Positions 1 through 14,349 of a stretch of 24,511 bases of DNA are shown piece after piece (positions within the stretch are counted from its first letter, which is position 1; each line of letters starts with the position of its first letter). Made by a program: the position numbers and the translations under genes. The notes beneath the pieces were generated by a model. It searched no databases and was not told the origin of the DNA. It saw nothing but the letters and a program-made list of their open reading frames with translations. The stretch is taken from contig NEEC01000214.1 in NCBI GenBank assembly GCA_002189035.1, positions 1 to 24,511 of the forward strand, read 5' to 3'. Source of the stretch: Utricularia gibba. Lineage: Eukaryota > Plantae > Magnoliophyta.

Positions 1-3000
1 TCTTCTTTCGTGTTGAGAACTTGTTCGTCCGAGGCTGCACAAATGCTCGAAAGATTGCCTTATATTAGCCTTCAGATGTGCAACGAAGTGGCCACCACGT
101 TCGCGAAAATGTGACTCGGGACACCTGACTCGATGCGAATGTGATTTTTGACATGCAAGACGTATGTATTTATGGGACGATGTGAAATTTGATTTCGAGA
201 TGATCATTTAAGATGCCATGGGTGTGTCCCTAGCCACAACCTCATGGGCCTCGTGCACTCTTCGGTATCGAGTGGATATCTTGCGAACGGTGATGAGTCA
301 TGTTGCACATATCATACCGTTTCGAAGCTCGTTCCGAGCCTCTTCTTTTCGTGTTGAGAACTTGTTCGTCCGAGGCACAAATGCTCGAAAGATTGCCTTA
401 TATTAGCCTTCAGATGTGCAACGAAGTGGCCACCACGTTCGCGAAAATGTGACTCGGACCTGACTCGATGCGAATGTGATTTTTGACATGCAAACATATG
501 TATTTCATGGGACGATGTGAAATTTCGGATTTCGAGATGATCATTTTAAGATGCCATTGTGTCTAGCCACAACCTCATGGTGGCCTCGTGCACTCTTCGG
601 TATCGAGTGGATATCTTGCGAACGGTGATGAGTCATGTTGCACATATCATACCGTTTCGAAGCTCGTTCCGAGCCGGTCTTCTTTCGTGTTGAGAACTTG
701 TTCGTCCGAGGCACAAATGCTCGAAAGATTGCCTTATATTAGCCTTCAGATGTGCAACGAAGTGGCCACCACGTTCGCGAAAATGTGACTCGGGACACCT
801 GACTCGATGCGAATGTGATTTTTGACATGCAAGACATATGTATTTCATGGGACGATGTGAAATTTGGATTTCGAGATGATCATTTAAGATGCCATGGGTG
901 TGTCTAGCCACAACCTCATGGTGGCCTCGTGCACTCTTCGGTATCGAGTGGATATCTTGCAAACGGTGATGAGTCATGTTGCACATATCATACCGTTTCG
1001 AAGCTCGTTCCGAGCCGGTCTTCTTTCGTGTTGAGAACTTGTTCGTCCGAGGAGCACAAATGCTCGAAAGATTGCCTTATATTAGCCTTCAGATGTGCAA
1101 CGAAGTGGCCACCACATTCGCGAAAATGTGACTCGGGACACCTGACTCGATGCGAATGTGATTTTTGACATGCAAGACATATGTATTTCATGGACGATGT
1201 GAAATTTCGGATTTCGAGATGATCATTTAAGATGCCATGGTGTGTCCCTAGCCACAACCTCATGGTGGCCTCGTGCACTCTTCGGTATCGAGTGGATATC
1301 TTGCAACGGTGATGAGTCATGTTGCACATATCATACCGTTTCGAAGCTCGTTCCGAGCCGGTCTTCTTTCGTGTTGAACTTGTTCGTCCGAGGCTGCACA
1401 AATGCTCGAAAGATTGCCTTATATTAGCCTTCAGATGTGCAACGAAGTGGCCACCACGTTCGCGAAAATGTGACTCGGGACACCTGACTCGATGCGAATG
1501 TGATTTTTGACATGCAAGACGTATGTATTTCATGGACGATGTGAAATTTTGGATTTCGAGATGATCATTTAAGATGCCATGGGTGTGTCCCTAGCCACAA
1601 CTCATGGGCCTCGTGCACTCTTCGGTATCGAGTGGATATCTTGCAACGGTGATGAGTCATGTTGCACATATCATACCGTTTCGAAGCTCGTTCCGAGCCT
1701 CTTCTTTTCGTGTGAGAACTTGTTCGTCCGAGGGGCACAAATGCTCGAAAGATTGCCTTATATTAGCCTTCAGATGTGCAACGAAGTGGCCACCACGTTC
1801 GCGAAAATGTGACTCGGGACACCTGACTCGATGCGAATGTGATTTTTGACATGCAAACATATGTATTTCATGTGACGATGTGAAATTTCGGATTTCGAGA
1901 TGATCATTTAAGATGCCATCGGTGTGTCCCTAGCCACAACCTCATGGTGGCCTCGTGCACTCTTCGGTATCGAGTGGATATCTTGCAACGGTGATGAGTC
2001 ATGTTGCACATATCATACCGTTTCGAAGCTCGTTCCGAGCCGGTCTTCTTTCGTGTTGAGAACTTGTTCGTCCGAGGAGGCACAAATGCTCGAAAGATTG
2101 CCTTATATTAGCCTTCAGATGTGCAACGAAGTGGCCACCACGTTCGCGAAAATGTGACTCGGGACACCTGACTCGATGCGAATGTGATTTTTGACATGCA
2201 AACATATGTATTTCATGGACGATGTGAAATTTTGGATTTCGAGATGATCATTTAAGATGCCATGGGTGTCCCTAGCCACAACCTCATGGTGGCCTCGTGC
2301 ACTCTTCGGTATCGAGTGGATATCTTGCAACGGGTGATGAGTCATGTTGCACATATCATACCGTTTCGAAGCTCGTTCCGAGCCGGTCTTCTTTCGTGTT
2401 GAGAACTTGTTCGTCCGAGGAGGCACAAATGCTCGAAAGATTGCCTTATATTAGCCTTCAGATGTGCAACGAAGTGGCCACCACGTTCGCGAAAATGTGA
2501 CTCGGGACACTGACTCGATGCGAATGTGATTTTTGACATGCAAACATATGTATTTCATGCGATGTGAAATTTCGGATTTCGAGATGATCATTTAAGATGC
2601 CATGGTGTGTCCCTAGCCACAACCTCATGGTGGCCTCGTGCACTCTTCGGTATCGAGTGGATATCTTACAACGGTGATGAGTCATGTTGCACATATCATA
2701 CCGTTTCGAAGCTCGTTCCGAGCCGTCTTCTTTCGTGTTGAGAACTTGTTCGTCCGAGGGGCACAAATGCTCGAAAGATTGCCTTATATTAGCCTTCAGA
2801 TGTGCAACGAAGTGGCCACCACGTTCGCGAAAATGTGACTCGGACACCTGACTCGATGCGAATGTGATTTTTGACATGCAAACATATGTATTTCATGGGA
2901 CGATGTGAAATTTTGGATTTCGAGATGATCATTTAAGATGCCATGGGTGTGTCCCTAGCCACAACCTCATGGTGGCCTCGTGCACTCTTCGGTATCGAGT

Positions 3001-4900
3001 GGATATCTTGCAAACGGTGATGAGTCATGTTGCACATATCATACCGTTTCGAAGCTCGTTCCGAGCCAGTCTTCTTTCGTGTTGAGAACTTGTTCGTCCG
3101 AGGAGGCACAAATGCTCGAAAGATTGCCTTATATTAGCCTTCAGATGTGCAACGAAGTGGCCACCACGTTCGCGAAAATGTGACTCGGGACACCTGACTC
3201 GATGCGAATGTGATTTTTGACATGCAAAACATATGTATTTCATGGACGATGTGAAATTTCGGATTTCGAGATGATCATTTAAGATGCCATGGGTGTGTCC
3301 TAGCCACAACCTCATGGTGGCCTCGTGCACTCTTCGGTATCGAGTGGATATCTTGCAAACGGTGATGAGTCATGTTGCACATATCATACCGTTTCGAAGC
3401 TCGTTCCGAGCCGTCTTCTTTCGTGTTGAGAACTTGTTCGTCCGAGGAGGCACAAATGCTCGAAAGATTGCCTTATATTAGCCTTCAGATGTGCAACGAA
3501 GTGGCCACCACGTTCGCGAAAATGTGACTCGGGACACCTGACTCGATGCGAATGTGATTTTTGACATGCAAAACATATGTATTTCATGGGACGATGTGAA
3601 ATTTCGGATTTCGAGATGATCATTTAAGATGCCATGGGTGTGTGGCTAGCCACAACCTCATGGTGGCCTCGTGCACTCTTCGGTATCGAGTGGATATCTT
3701 GCAAATGGTGATGAGTCATGTTGCACAGTTTCGAAGCTCGTTCCGAGCCTCTTCTTTCGTGTTGAGAACTTGTTCGTCCGAGGAGCACAAATGCTCGAAA
3801 GATTGCCTTATATTAGCCTTCAGATGTGCAACGAAGTGGCCACCACGTTCGCGAAAATGTGACTCGGGACACCTGACTCGATGCGAATGTGATTTTTGAC
3901 ATGCAAAACATATGTATTTCATGGACGATGTGAAATTTCGGATTTCGAGATGATCATTTAAGATGCCATTAGCCACAACCTCATGGTGGCCTCGTGCACT
4001 CTTCGGTATCGAGTGGATATCTTCAGGTGATGAGTCATGTTGCAGAAGCTCGTTCCGAGCCAGAACTTGTTCGTCCGAGGGGCACAAATGCTCGAAAGAT
4101 TGCCTTATATTAGCCTTCAGATGTGCAACGAAGTGGCCACCACGTTCGCGAAAATGTGACTCGGGACCTGACTCGATGCGAATGTGATTTTTGACATGCA
4201 AACATATGTATTTCATGGACGATGTGAAATTTCGGATTTCGAGATGATCATTTAAGATGCCATGGTGTGTCTAGCCACAACCTCATGGTGGCCTCGTGCA
4301 CTCTTCGGTATCGAGTGGATGGTGATGAGTCATGTTGCACATATCATACCGTTTCGAAGCTCGTTCCGAGCCGTCTTCTTTCGTGTTGAGAACTTGTTCG
4401 TCCGAGGCACAAATGCTCGAAAGATTGCCTTATATTAGCCTTCAGATGTGCAACGAAGTGGCCACCACGTTCGCGAAAATGTGACTCGGGACACCTGACT
4501 CGATGCGAATGTGATTTTTGACATGCAAAACATATGTATTTCATGGACGATGTGAAATGGATTTCGAGATGATCATTTAGATGCCATGTGTGTGGCTAGC
4601 CACAACCTCATGGTGGCCTCGTGCACTCTTCGGTATCGAGTGGATATCTTGCAAACGGTGATGAGTCATGTTGCACATATCATACCGTTTCGAAGCTCGT
4701 TCCGAGCCGTCTTTTCGTGTGTGAGAACTTGTTCGTCCGAGGAGCACAAATGCTCGAAAGATTGCCTTATATTAGCCTTCAGATGTGCAACGAAGTGGCC
4801 ACCACGTTCGCGAAAATGTGACTCAGGACACCTGACTCGATGCGAATGTGATTTTTGACATGCAAAACATATGTATTTCATGGACGATGTGAAATTTCGG
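1..4900. repeat. Satellite sub-domain dominated by A-type alleles
   Basis: Most units carry CATGGGTGTGTCCCTAGCC, CTTGC(G/A)AACGG, CACATATCATACCGTTT and TCTTCTTTCGTGTTGAG. The CAAGAC(G/A)TATG variant is confined to early units (~157, ~830, ~1173, ~1513). The boundary is approximate. Confidence 0.75.
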
Positions 4901-7900
4901 ATTTCGAGATGATCATTTAAGATGCCATCGGTGTGTGGCTAGCCACAACCTCATGGTGGCCTCGTTCTTCGAGTGGATATCTTACAAATGGTGATGAGTC
5001 ATGTTGCACATAGCATACCGTTTCGAAGCTCGTTCCGAGCCGGTCTTCTTTCGTGTTGAGAACTTGTTCGTCCGAGGAGCACAAATGCTCGAAAGATTGC
5101 CTTATATTAGCCTTCAGATGTGCAACGAAGTGGCCACCACGTTCGCGAAAATGTGACTCGGACACCTGACTCGATGCGAATGTGATTTTTGACATGCAAA
5201 ACATATGTATTTCATGGACGATGTGAAATTTCGGATTTCGAGATGATCATTTAAGATGCATCGGTGTGTGGCTAGCCACAACCTCATGGTGGCCTCGTGC
5301 ACTCTTCGGTATCGAGTGGATATCTTACAAATGGTGATGAGTCATGTTGCACAATCATACCGTTTCGAAGCTCGTTCCGAGCCGGTCTTTTTCGTGTTGA
5401 GAACTTGTTCGTCCGAGGAGGCACAAATGCTCGAAAGATTGCCTTATATTAGCCTTCAGATGTGCAACGAAGTGGCCACCACGTTCGCGAAAATGTGACT
5501 CGGACACCTGACTCGATGCGAATGTGATTTTTTGACATGCAAAACATATGGGACGATGTGAAATTTCGGATTTCGAGATGATCATTTAAGATGCCATCGG
5601 TGTGTCTAACAACCTCATGGTGGCCTCGTGCACTCTTCGGTATCGAGTGGATATCTTACAAATGATGAGTCATGTTGCACATAGCATACCGTTTCGAAGC
5701 TCGTTCCGAGCCGGTCTTCTTTTTCGTGTTGAGAACTTGTTCGTCCGGGAGGCACAAATGCTCGAAAGATTGCCTTATATTAGCCTTCAGATGTGCAACG
5801 AAGTGGCCACCACGTTCGCGAAAATGTGACTCGGGACACCTGACTCGATGCGAATGTGATTTTTGACATGCAAAACATATGTATTTCATGTGACGATGTG
5901 AAATTTCGGATTTCGAGATGATCATTTAAGATGCCATCGGTGTGTGGCTAGCCACAACCTCATGGTGGCCTCGTGCACTCTTCGGTATCGAGTGGATATC
6001 TTACAAATGGTGATGAGTCATGTTGCACAAAGCATACCATTTCGAAGCTCGTTCCGAGCCGGTCTTTTTTCGTGTTGAGAACTTGTTCGTCCGAGGAGGC
6101 ACAAATGCTCGAAAGATTGCCTTATATTAGCCTTCAGATGTGCAACGAAGTGGCCACCACGTTCGCGAAAATGTGACTCGGACACCTGACTCGATGCGAA
6201 TGTGATTTTTGACATGCAAAACATATGTATTTCATGGACGATGTGAAATTTCGGATTTCGAGATGATCATTTAAGATGCCATCGGTGTGTGGCTAGCCAC
6301 AACCTCATGGTGGCCTCGTGCACTCTTCGGTATCGAGTGGATATCTTACAAATGGTGATGAGTCATGTTGCACATAGCATACCGTTTCGAAGCTCGTTCC
6401 GAGCCGTCTTCTTTCGTGTTGAGAACTTGTTCGTCCGAGGAGGCACAAATGCTCGAAAGATTGCCTTATATTAGCCTTCAGATGTGCAACGAAGTGGCCA
6501 CCACGTTCGCGAAAATGTGACTCGGGACACCTGACTCGATGCGAATGTGATTTTTGACATGCAAAACATATGTATTTCATGTGACGATGTGAAATTTCGG
6601 ATTTCGAGATGATCATTTAAGATGCCATGGTGTGTGGCTAGCCACAACCTCATGGTGGCCTCGTGCACTCTTCGGTATCGAGTGGATATCTTACAAACGG
6701 TGATGAGTCATGTTGCACAATCATACCATTTCGAAGCTCGTTCCGAGCCGGTCTTTTTCGTGTGAGAACTTGTTCGTCCGAGGAGCACAAATGCTCGAAA
6801 GATTGCCTTATATTAGCCTTCAGATGTGCAACGAAGTGGCCACCACGTTCGCGAAAATGTGACTCGGGACACCTGACTCGATGCGAATGTGATTTTTGAC
6901 ATGCAAAACATATGTATTTCATGGACGATGTGAAATTTCGGATTTCGAGATGATCATTTAAGATGCCATCGGTGTGTCCTAGCCACAACCTCATGGTGGC
7001 CTCGTGCACTCTTCGGTATCGAGTGGATATCTTGCAAATGGTGATGAGTCATGTTGCACAGCATACCGTTTCGAAGCTCGTTCCGAGCCGGTCTTTTTCG
7101 TGTGAGAACTTGTTCGTCCGAGGAGGCACAAATGCTCGAAGATTGCCTTATATTAGCCTTCAGATGTGCAACGAAGTGGCCACCACGTTCGCGAAAATGT
7201 GACTCGGACACCTGACTCGATGCGAATGTGATTTTTGACATGCAAAACATATGTATTTCATGGACGATGTGAAATTTCGGATTTCGAGATGATCATTTAA
7301 GATGCCATCGGTGTGTCCTAGCCACAACCTCATGGTGGCCTCGTGCACTCTTCGGTATCGAGTGGATATCTTGCAAATGGTGATGAGTCATGTTGCACAT
7401 ACATACCGTTTCGAAGCTCGTTCCGAGCCGTCTTTTTCGTGTTGAGAACTTGTTCGTCCGAGGAGGCACAAATGCTCGAAAGATTGCCTTATATTAGCCT
7501 TCAGATGTGCAACGAAGTGGCCACCACGTTCGCGAAAATGTGACTCGGGACACCTGACTCGATGCGAATGTGATTTTTGACATGCAAAACATATGTATTT
7601 CATGGACGATGTGAAATTTCGGATTTCGAGATGATCATTTAAGATGCCATGGTGTGTGGCTAGCCACAACCTCATGGTGGCCTCGTGCACTCTTCGGTAT
7701 CGAGTGGATATCTTGCAAATGGTGATGAGTCATGTTGCACATATCATACCGTTTCGAAGCTCGTTCCGAGCCGGTCTTCTTTCGTGTTGAGAACTTGTTC
7801 GTCCGAGGAGCACAAATGCTCGAAAGATTGCCTTATATTAGCCTTCAGATGTGCAACGAAGTGGCCACCACGTTCGCGAAAATGTGACTCGGGACACCTG

Positions 7901-9420
7901 ACTCGATGCGAATGTGATTTTTGACATGCAAAACATATGTATTTCATGCGACGATGTGAAATTTCGGATTTCGAGATGATCATTTAAGATGCCATCGGTG
8001 TGTGGCTAGCCACAACCTCATGGTGGCCTCGTGCACTCTTCGGTATCGAGTGGATATCTTACAAATGGTGATGAGTCATGTTGCACAAGCATACCGTTTC
8101 GAAGCTCGTTCCGAGCCGGTCTTTTTTTCGTGTTGAGAACTTGTTCGTCCGAGGAGGCACAAATGCTCGAAAGATTGCCTTATATTAGCCTTCAGATGTG
8201 CAACGAAGTGGCCACCACGTTCGCGAAAATGTGACTCGGACACCTGACTCGATGCGAATGTGATTTTTGACATGCAAAACATATGTATTTCATGTGACGA
8301 TGTGAAATTTCGGATTTCGAGATGATCATTTAAGATGCCATCGGTGTGTGGCTAGCCACAACCATGGTGGCCTCGTGCACTCTTCGTATCGAGTGGATAT
8401 CTTACAAATGGTGATGAGTCATGTTGCACAGCATACCATTTCGAAGCTCGTTCCGAGCCGTCTTCTTTCGTGTTGAGAACTTGTTCGTCCGAGGAGCACA
8501 AATGCTCGAAAGATTGCCTTATATTAGCCTTCAGATGTGCAACGAAGTGGCCACCACGTTCGCGAAAATGTGACTCGGACACCTGACTCGATGCGAATGT
8601 GATTTTTGACATGCAAAACATATGTATTTCATGGACGATGTGAAATTTCGGATTTCGAGATGATCATTTAAGATGCCATCGGTGTGTGGCTAGCCACAAC
8701 CTCATGGTGGCCTCGTGCACTCTTCGGTATCGAGTGGATATCTTACAAATGGTGATGAGTCATGTTGCACATAGCGTTTCGAAGCTCGTTCCGAGCCGGT
8801 CTTCTTTCGTGTTGAGAACTTGTTCGTCCGAGGAGGCACAAATGCTCGAAAGATTGCCTTATATTAGCCTTCAGATGTGCAACGAAGTGGCCACCACGTT
8901 CGCGAAAATGTGACTCGGGACACCTGACTCGATGCGAATGTGATTTTTGACATGCAAAACATATGTATTTCATGTGACGATGTGAAATTTCGGATTTCGA
9001 GATGATCATTTAAGATGCCATGGTGTGTCCTAGCCACAACCTCATGGTGGCCTCGTGCACTCTTCGGTATCGAGTGGATATCTTAAATGGTGATGAGTCA
9101 TGTTGCACAAGCATACCATTTCGAAGCTCGTTCCGAGCCGGTCTTTTTCGTGTTGAGAACTTGTTCGTCCGAGGAGGCACAAATGCTCGAAAGATTGCCT
9201 TATATTAGCCTTCAGATGTGCAACGAAGTGGCCACCACGTTCGCGAAAATGTGACTCGGGACACCTGACTCGATGCGAATGTGATTTTTGACATGCAAAA
9301 CATATGTATTTCATGGACGATGTGAAATTTCGGATTTCGAGATGATCATTTAAGATGCCATGGTGTGTCTAGCCACAACCTCATGGTGGCCTCGTGCACT
9401 CTTCGGTATCGAGTGGATAT
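4901..9420. repeat. Transitional sub-domain with mosaic A/B monomers
   Basis: B alleles (CATCGGTGTGTGGCTAGCC, CTTACAAATGG, AGCATACCATTT from ~6031) become common. A alleles persist in some units (GTGTCCTAGCC at ~6973, ~7313 and ~9022; CATATCATACCG at ~7740). Confidence 0.65.
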
Positions 9421-12400
9421 CTTACAAACGCATGTTGCACATAGCATACCGTTTCGAAGCTCGTTCCGAAGAACTTGTTCGTTGCTCGAGCCTTATATTA
9501 GCCTTCAGATGTGCAACGAAGTGGCCACCACGTTCGCGAAAATGTGACTCGGATGACTCGACCATTCCGATGCGGAACATGATTGCGATCATGCAATCCT
9601 TGTATCATGACAGCTCGTTCCGAGCCGGTCTTCTTGGCCGAGAATTCGTTCCCATGCGGTGTCCCTCGATCATGGTGGCCTCGTGCACTCTTCGGTATCG
9701 AGTGGATATCTTCACAAATGCAACGAAAGATTGCATACGCCTTCAGATGTGCAACGAAGTGGCCACCACGTTCGCGAAAATGTGACTCGGGACACCTGAC
9801 TCGATGCGAATGTGATTTTTGACATGCAAAACATATGTATTTCATGGACGATGTGAAATTTCGGATTTCGAGATGATCATTTAAGATGCCATCGGTGTGT
9901 GGCTAGCCACAACCTCATGGTGGCCTCGTGCACTCTTCGGTATCGAGTGGATATCAACATGCGGTCGATGAGTATGTTGCCTCCTTCAGATGTGCAACGA
10001 AGTGGCCACCACGTTCGCGAAAATGTGACTCGGGACACCTGACTCGATGCGAATGTGATCATGCGTATTTCATGGGACGATGTGAAATTTGGATTTCGAG
10101 ATGATCATTTAAGATGCCAAGCCACAACCTCATGGTGGCCTCGTGCACTCTTCGGTATCGAGTGGATATCTTGTTGCATGTTGTTACCGTTTCGAAGCTC
10201 GTTCCGAGCAGGTTCGTCCGACACAAATGCTCGAAAGATTGCCTTATATTAGCCTTCAGATGTGCAACGAAGTGGCCACCACGTTCGCGAAAATGTGACT
10301 CGGGACACCTGACTCGATGCGAATGTGATTTTTGACATGCAAACATATGTATTTCATACGATGTGAAATTTCATGTGATCGATGCGATGTGAATCGAAGG
10401 TGATGCCACAAAGCATACCGTTTCGAAGCTCGTTCCGATCAGAACTTGTTCGTCCGAGACAAATGCTCGAAAGATTGCCTTATATTAGCCTTCAGATGTG
10501 CAACGAAGTGGCCACGTTCGCGAAAATGTGACTCTGACGATGCGACATGCAAAACATATGTATTTCATGCGACGGATGTGGATATCGGTAGCCACACCTC
10601 ATGGTGGCCTCGTGCACTCTTCGGTATCGAGTGGATATCTTGCATGATTCAAGATCGTTCCGAGCCATTGTTCGTCCCATAGCCTTATATTAGCCTTCAG
10701 ATGTGCAACGAAGTGGCCACCACGTTCGCGAAAATGTGACTCGGGACACCTGACTCGATGCGAATGTGATTTTTGACATGCAAAACATATGTATTTCATG
10801 GACGATGTGAAATTTCGGAGAGATGAGATGCCATCAGCTGGTGGCCTCGTGCAAGAGTCATGATGCCACATATCATACCGTTTCGAAGCTCGTTCCGAGA
10901 TTGTGTTGCTTTGGCCTTCAGATGTGCAACGAAGTGGCCACCACGTTCGCGAAAATGTGACTCGGGACACCTGACTCGATGCGAATGTGATTTTTGACAT
11001 GCAAAACATATGTATTTCATGCGATGTGAAATTTCGAAGATGATGATTTAGGACTCTTCGCCTTCATGATGTATGCAGTTTCGAAGCTCGTTCCGAGCCG
11101 GTCTTCTTTCGTGTTGAGAACTTGTTCGTCCGAGGAGGCACAAATGCTCGAAAGATTGCCTTATATTAGCCTTCAGATGTGCAACGAAGTGGCCACCACG
11201 TTCGCGAAAATGTGACTCGGGACACCTGACTCGATGCGAATGTGATTTTTGACATGCAAAACATATGTATTTCATGGACGACGATTTCGTGAGATGCCAT
11301 CTCATGGTGGCCTCACTCTTCGGTGAGTGGATATCTTACAAATGGTGATGAGTCATGTTGCACATAGCATACCGTTTCGAAGCTCGTTCCGAGCCGGTCT
11401 TTTTTCGTGTGAGAACTTGTTCGTCCGATGCTCGAACCTCAGATGTGTGGCCTTCGTGTGAGTCTCGATGCGAATGTGCATGCAAGTATTTCATGGACGA
11501 TGTGAAATTTCGGATTTCGAGATGATCATTTAAGATGCCATGGTGAGCCACAACCTCATGGTGGCCTCGTGCACTCTTCGGTATCGAGTGGATATCTTGC
11601 AAATGGATGAGTCATGTTGCAGCATACCGTTTCGAAGCTCGTTCCGAGCCGGTGTTGAGAACTTGTTCGTCCGAGGAGCACAAATGCTCGAAAGATTGCC
11701 TTATATTAGCCTTCAGATGTGCAACGAAGTGGCGTTCGCGAAAATGTGACTCGGGACACCTGACTCGATGCGAATGTGATTTTTGACATGCAAACATATG
11801 TATTTCATGGACGATGTGAAATTTCGGATTTCGAGATGATCATTTAAGCTAGCCACAACCTCATGGTGGCCTCGTGCACTCTTCGGTATCGAGTGGATAT
11901 CTTACAAATGGTGATGAGTCATGTTGCAGTTTCGAAGCTCGTTCCGAAGAACTTGTTCGTCCGACACAAATGCTCGAAAGCCTTATATTAGCCTTCAGAT
12001 GTGCAACGAAGTGGCCACCACGTTCGCGAAAATGTGACTCGGACACCTGACTCGATGCGAATGTGATTTTTGACATGCAAACATATGTATTTCATGGGAT
12101 GTATTTCGAGATGTGATGCGATGTGAAATGGATTCGGATTCATGTTGCACATAGAGATGATCATTTAAGATGCCATTGCGGTGTGTGGCTAGCTCACAAC
12201 CTCATGGTGGCCTCGTGCACGAGATCTTCGGTATCGAGTGAGATATCTTGCAAACAACATGCATTGAGCTCGTTCCGAGATGTTCGCACACAAATGCATA
12301 CCAGATTTCGTTCGCGAAAATGTGACTCGGGACACCTGACTCGATGCGAATGCCGGTCTTTTTTTGTGGAGAGAAGACGGCACGCTCGAGAAGATGCTCG

Positions 12401-13100
12401 AAAGATTGCCTTATATTAGCCTTCAGATGTGCAACGAAGTGGCCACCACGTTCGCGAAAATGTGACTCGGGACACCTGACTCGATGCGAATGTGATTTTT
12501 GACATGCAAAACATATGTATTTCATGTGACGATGTGAAATTTCGGATTTCGATCGAGTGGATATCATTTAAGATGCCATCGGTGTGTTCCCTAGCCACAA
12601 CCTCATGGTGGCTCTCGTGCGACTCTTCGGTATCGAGTGGATATCTTAGAACGGTGATGAGTCATGTTGCACATATGCATACCAAGATTCGCCTTATATT
12701 AGCCTTCAGATGTGCAACGAAGTGGCCACCACGTTCGCGAAAATGTGACTTGGACGACCTTGTTCGTCCGAGGAGGCACACAATGCTCGAAAGATTGCCT
12801 TATATTAGCCTTCAGATGTGCAACGAAGTGGCCACCACGTTCGCGAAAATGTGACTCGGGACACCTGACTCGATGCGAATGTGATTTTTGACATGCAAAA
12901 CATATGTATTTCATGCGCGATGTGAATATTTCGGATTTCGAGATGATCATTTAAGATGCCATCGGTGTGTGGCTAGCCACAACCTCATGGTGGCCTCGTG
13001 CACTCTTCGGTATCGAGTGGATATCTTACAAATGGCGGTGAGTGAGTGTTGCCTTGCACAAGCATACCATTTCGAAGCTCGTTCCGAGCCGGTCTTTTTT
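9421..13100. repeat. Degenerate/scrambled satellite zone of truncated monomers (probable consensus or read-quality artefact)
   Basis: Core TTCGCGAAAA spacing falls to ~110-300 bp in most intervals (about 9533, 9771, 10015, 10284, 10517, 10724, 10946, 11201). Intervening sequence is mostly shuffled fragments of the monomer. Confidence 0.8.
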
Positions 13101-13299
13101 CGTTGGTGGAGAACTTGTTCGTCCGAGGAGGCACAAATGCTCGAAAGATTGCCTTATATTAGCCTTCAGATGTGCAACGAAGTGGCCACCACGTTCGCGA
13201 AAATGTGACTCGGACACCTGACTCGATGCGAATGTGATTTTTGACATGCAAAACATATGTATTTCATGGACGATGTGAAATTTGGATTTCGAGATGATC

Positions 13300-14349
13300 A
13301 TTTAAGATGCCATGGGTGTGGCTAGCCACAACCCATGGTGGCCTCGTGCACTCTTCGGTATCGAGTGGATATCTTGCAAACGGTGATGAGTCATGTTGCA
13401 CAACATACCGTTTCGAAGCTCGTTCCGAGCCGTCTTTTTCGTGTTGAGAACTTTCGTCCGAGGAGGCACAAATGCTCGAAAGATTGCCTTATATTAGCCT
13501 TCAGATGTGCAACGAAGTGGCCACCACGTTCGCGAAAATGTGACTCGGGACACCTGACTCGATGCGAATGTGATTTTTGACATGCAAAACATATGTATTT
13601 CATGTGACGATGTGAAATTTCGGATTTCGAGATGATCATTTAAGATGCCATGGGTGTGTCCCTAGCCACAACCTCATGGTGGCCTCGTGCACTCTTCGGT
13701 ATCGAGTGGATATCTTGCAAACGGTGATGAGTCATGTTGCACATACATACCGTTTCGAAGCTCGTTCCGAGCCGTCTTCTTTCGTGTTGAGAACTTGTTC
13801 GTCCGAGGAGCACAAATGCTCGAAAGATTGCCTTATATTAGCCTTCAGATGTGCAACGAAGTGGCCACACGTTCGCGAAAATGTGACTCGGGACACCTGA
13901 CTCGATGCGAATGTGATTTTTGACATGCAAACATATGTATTTCATGTGACGATGTGAAATTTCGGATTTCGAGATGATCATTTAAGATGCATCGGTGTGT
14001 GGCTAGCCACAACCTCATGGTGGCCTCGTGCACTCTTCGGTATCGAGTGGATATCTTGCAAATGGTGATGAGTCATGTTGCACAAATCATACCGTTTCGA
14101 AGCTCGTTCCGAGCCGGTCTTTTTCGTGTTGAGAACTTGTTCGTCCGAGGAGCACAAATGCTCGAAAGATTGCCTTATATTAGCCTTCAGATGTGCAACG
14201 AAGTGGCCACCACGTTCGCGAAAATGTGACTCGGACACCTGACTCGATGCGAATGTGATTTTTGACATGCAAACATATGTATTTCATGGACGATGTGAAA
14301 TTTGGATTTCGAGATGATCATTTAAGATGCCATGGGTGTGTCCCTAGCC
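13300..14349. repeat. Short A-rich patch of intact monomers
   Basis: CATGGGTGTG(TCCC/GGC)TAGCC at ~13311, ~13650 and ~14331; CTTGCAAACGG at ~13373 and ~13713; TACCGTTT alleles. Confidence 0.65.

Noticed and set aside
9550-9680. Possible foreign or transposon insertion in the scrambled zone
   Set aside because: It consists mostly of garbled monomer fragments, with no terminal repeats, target-site duplication or coding signal.
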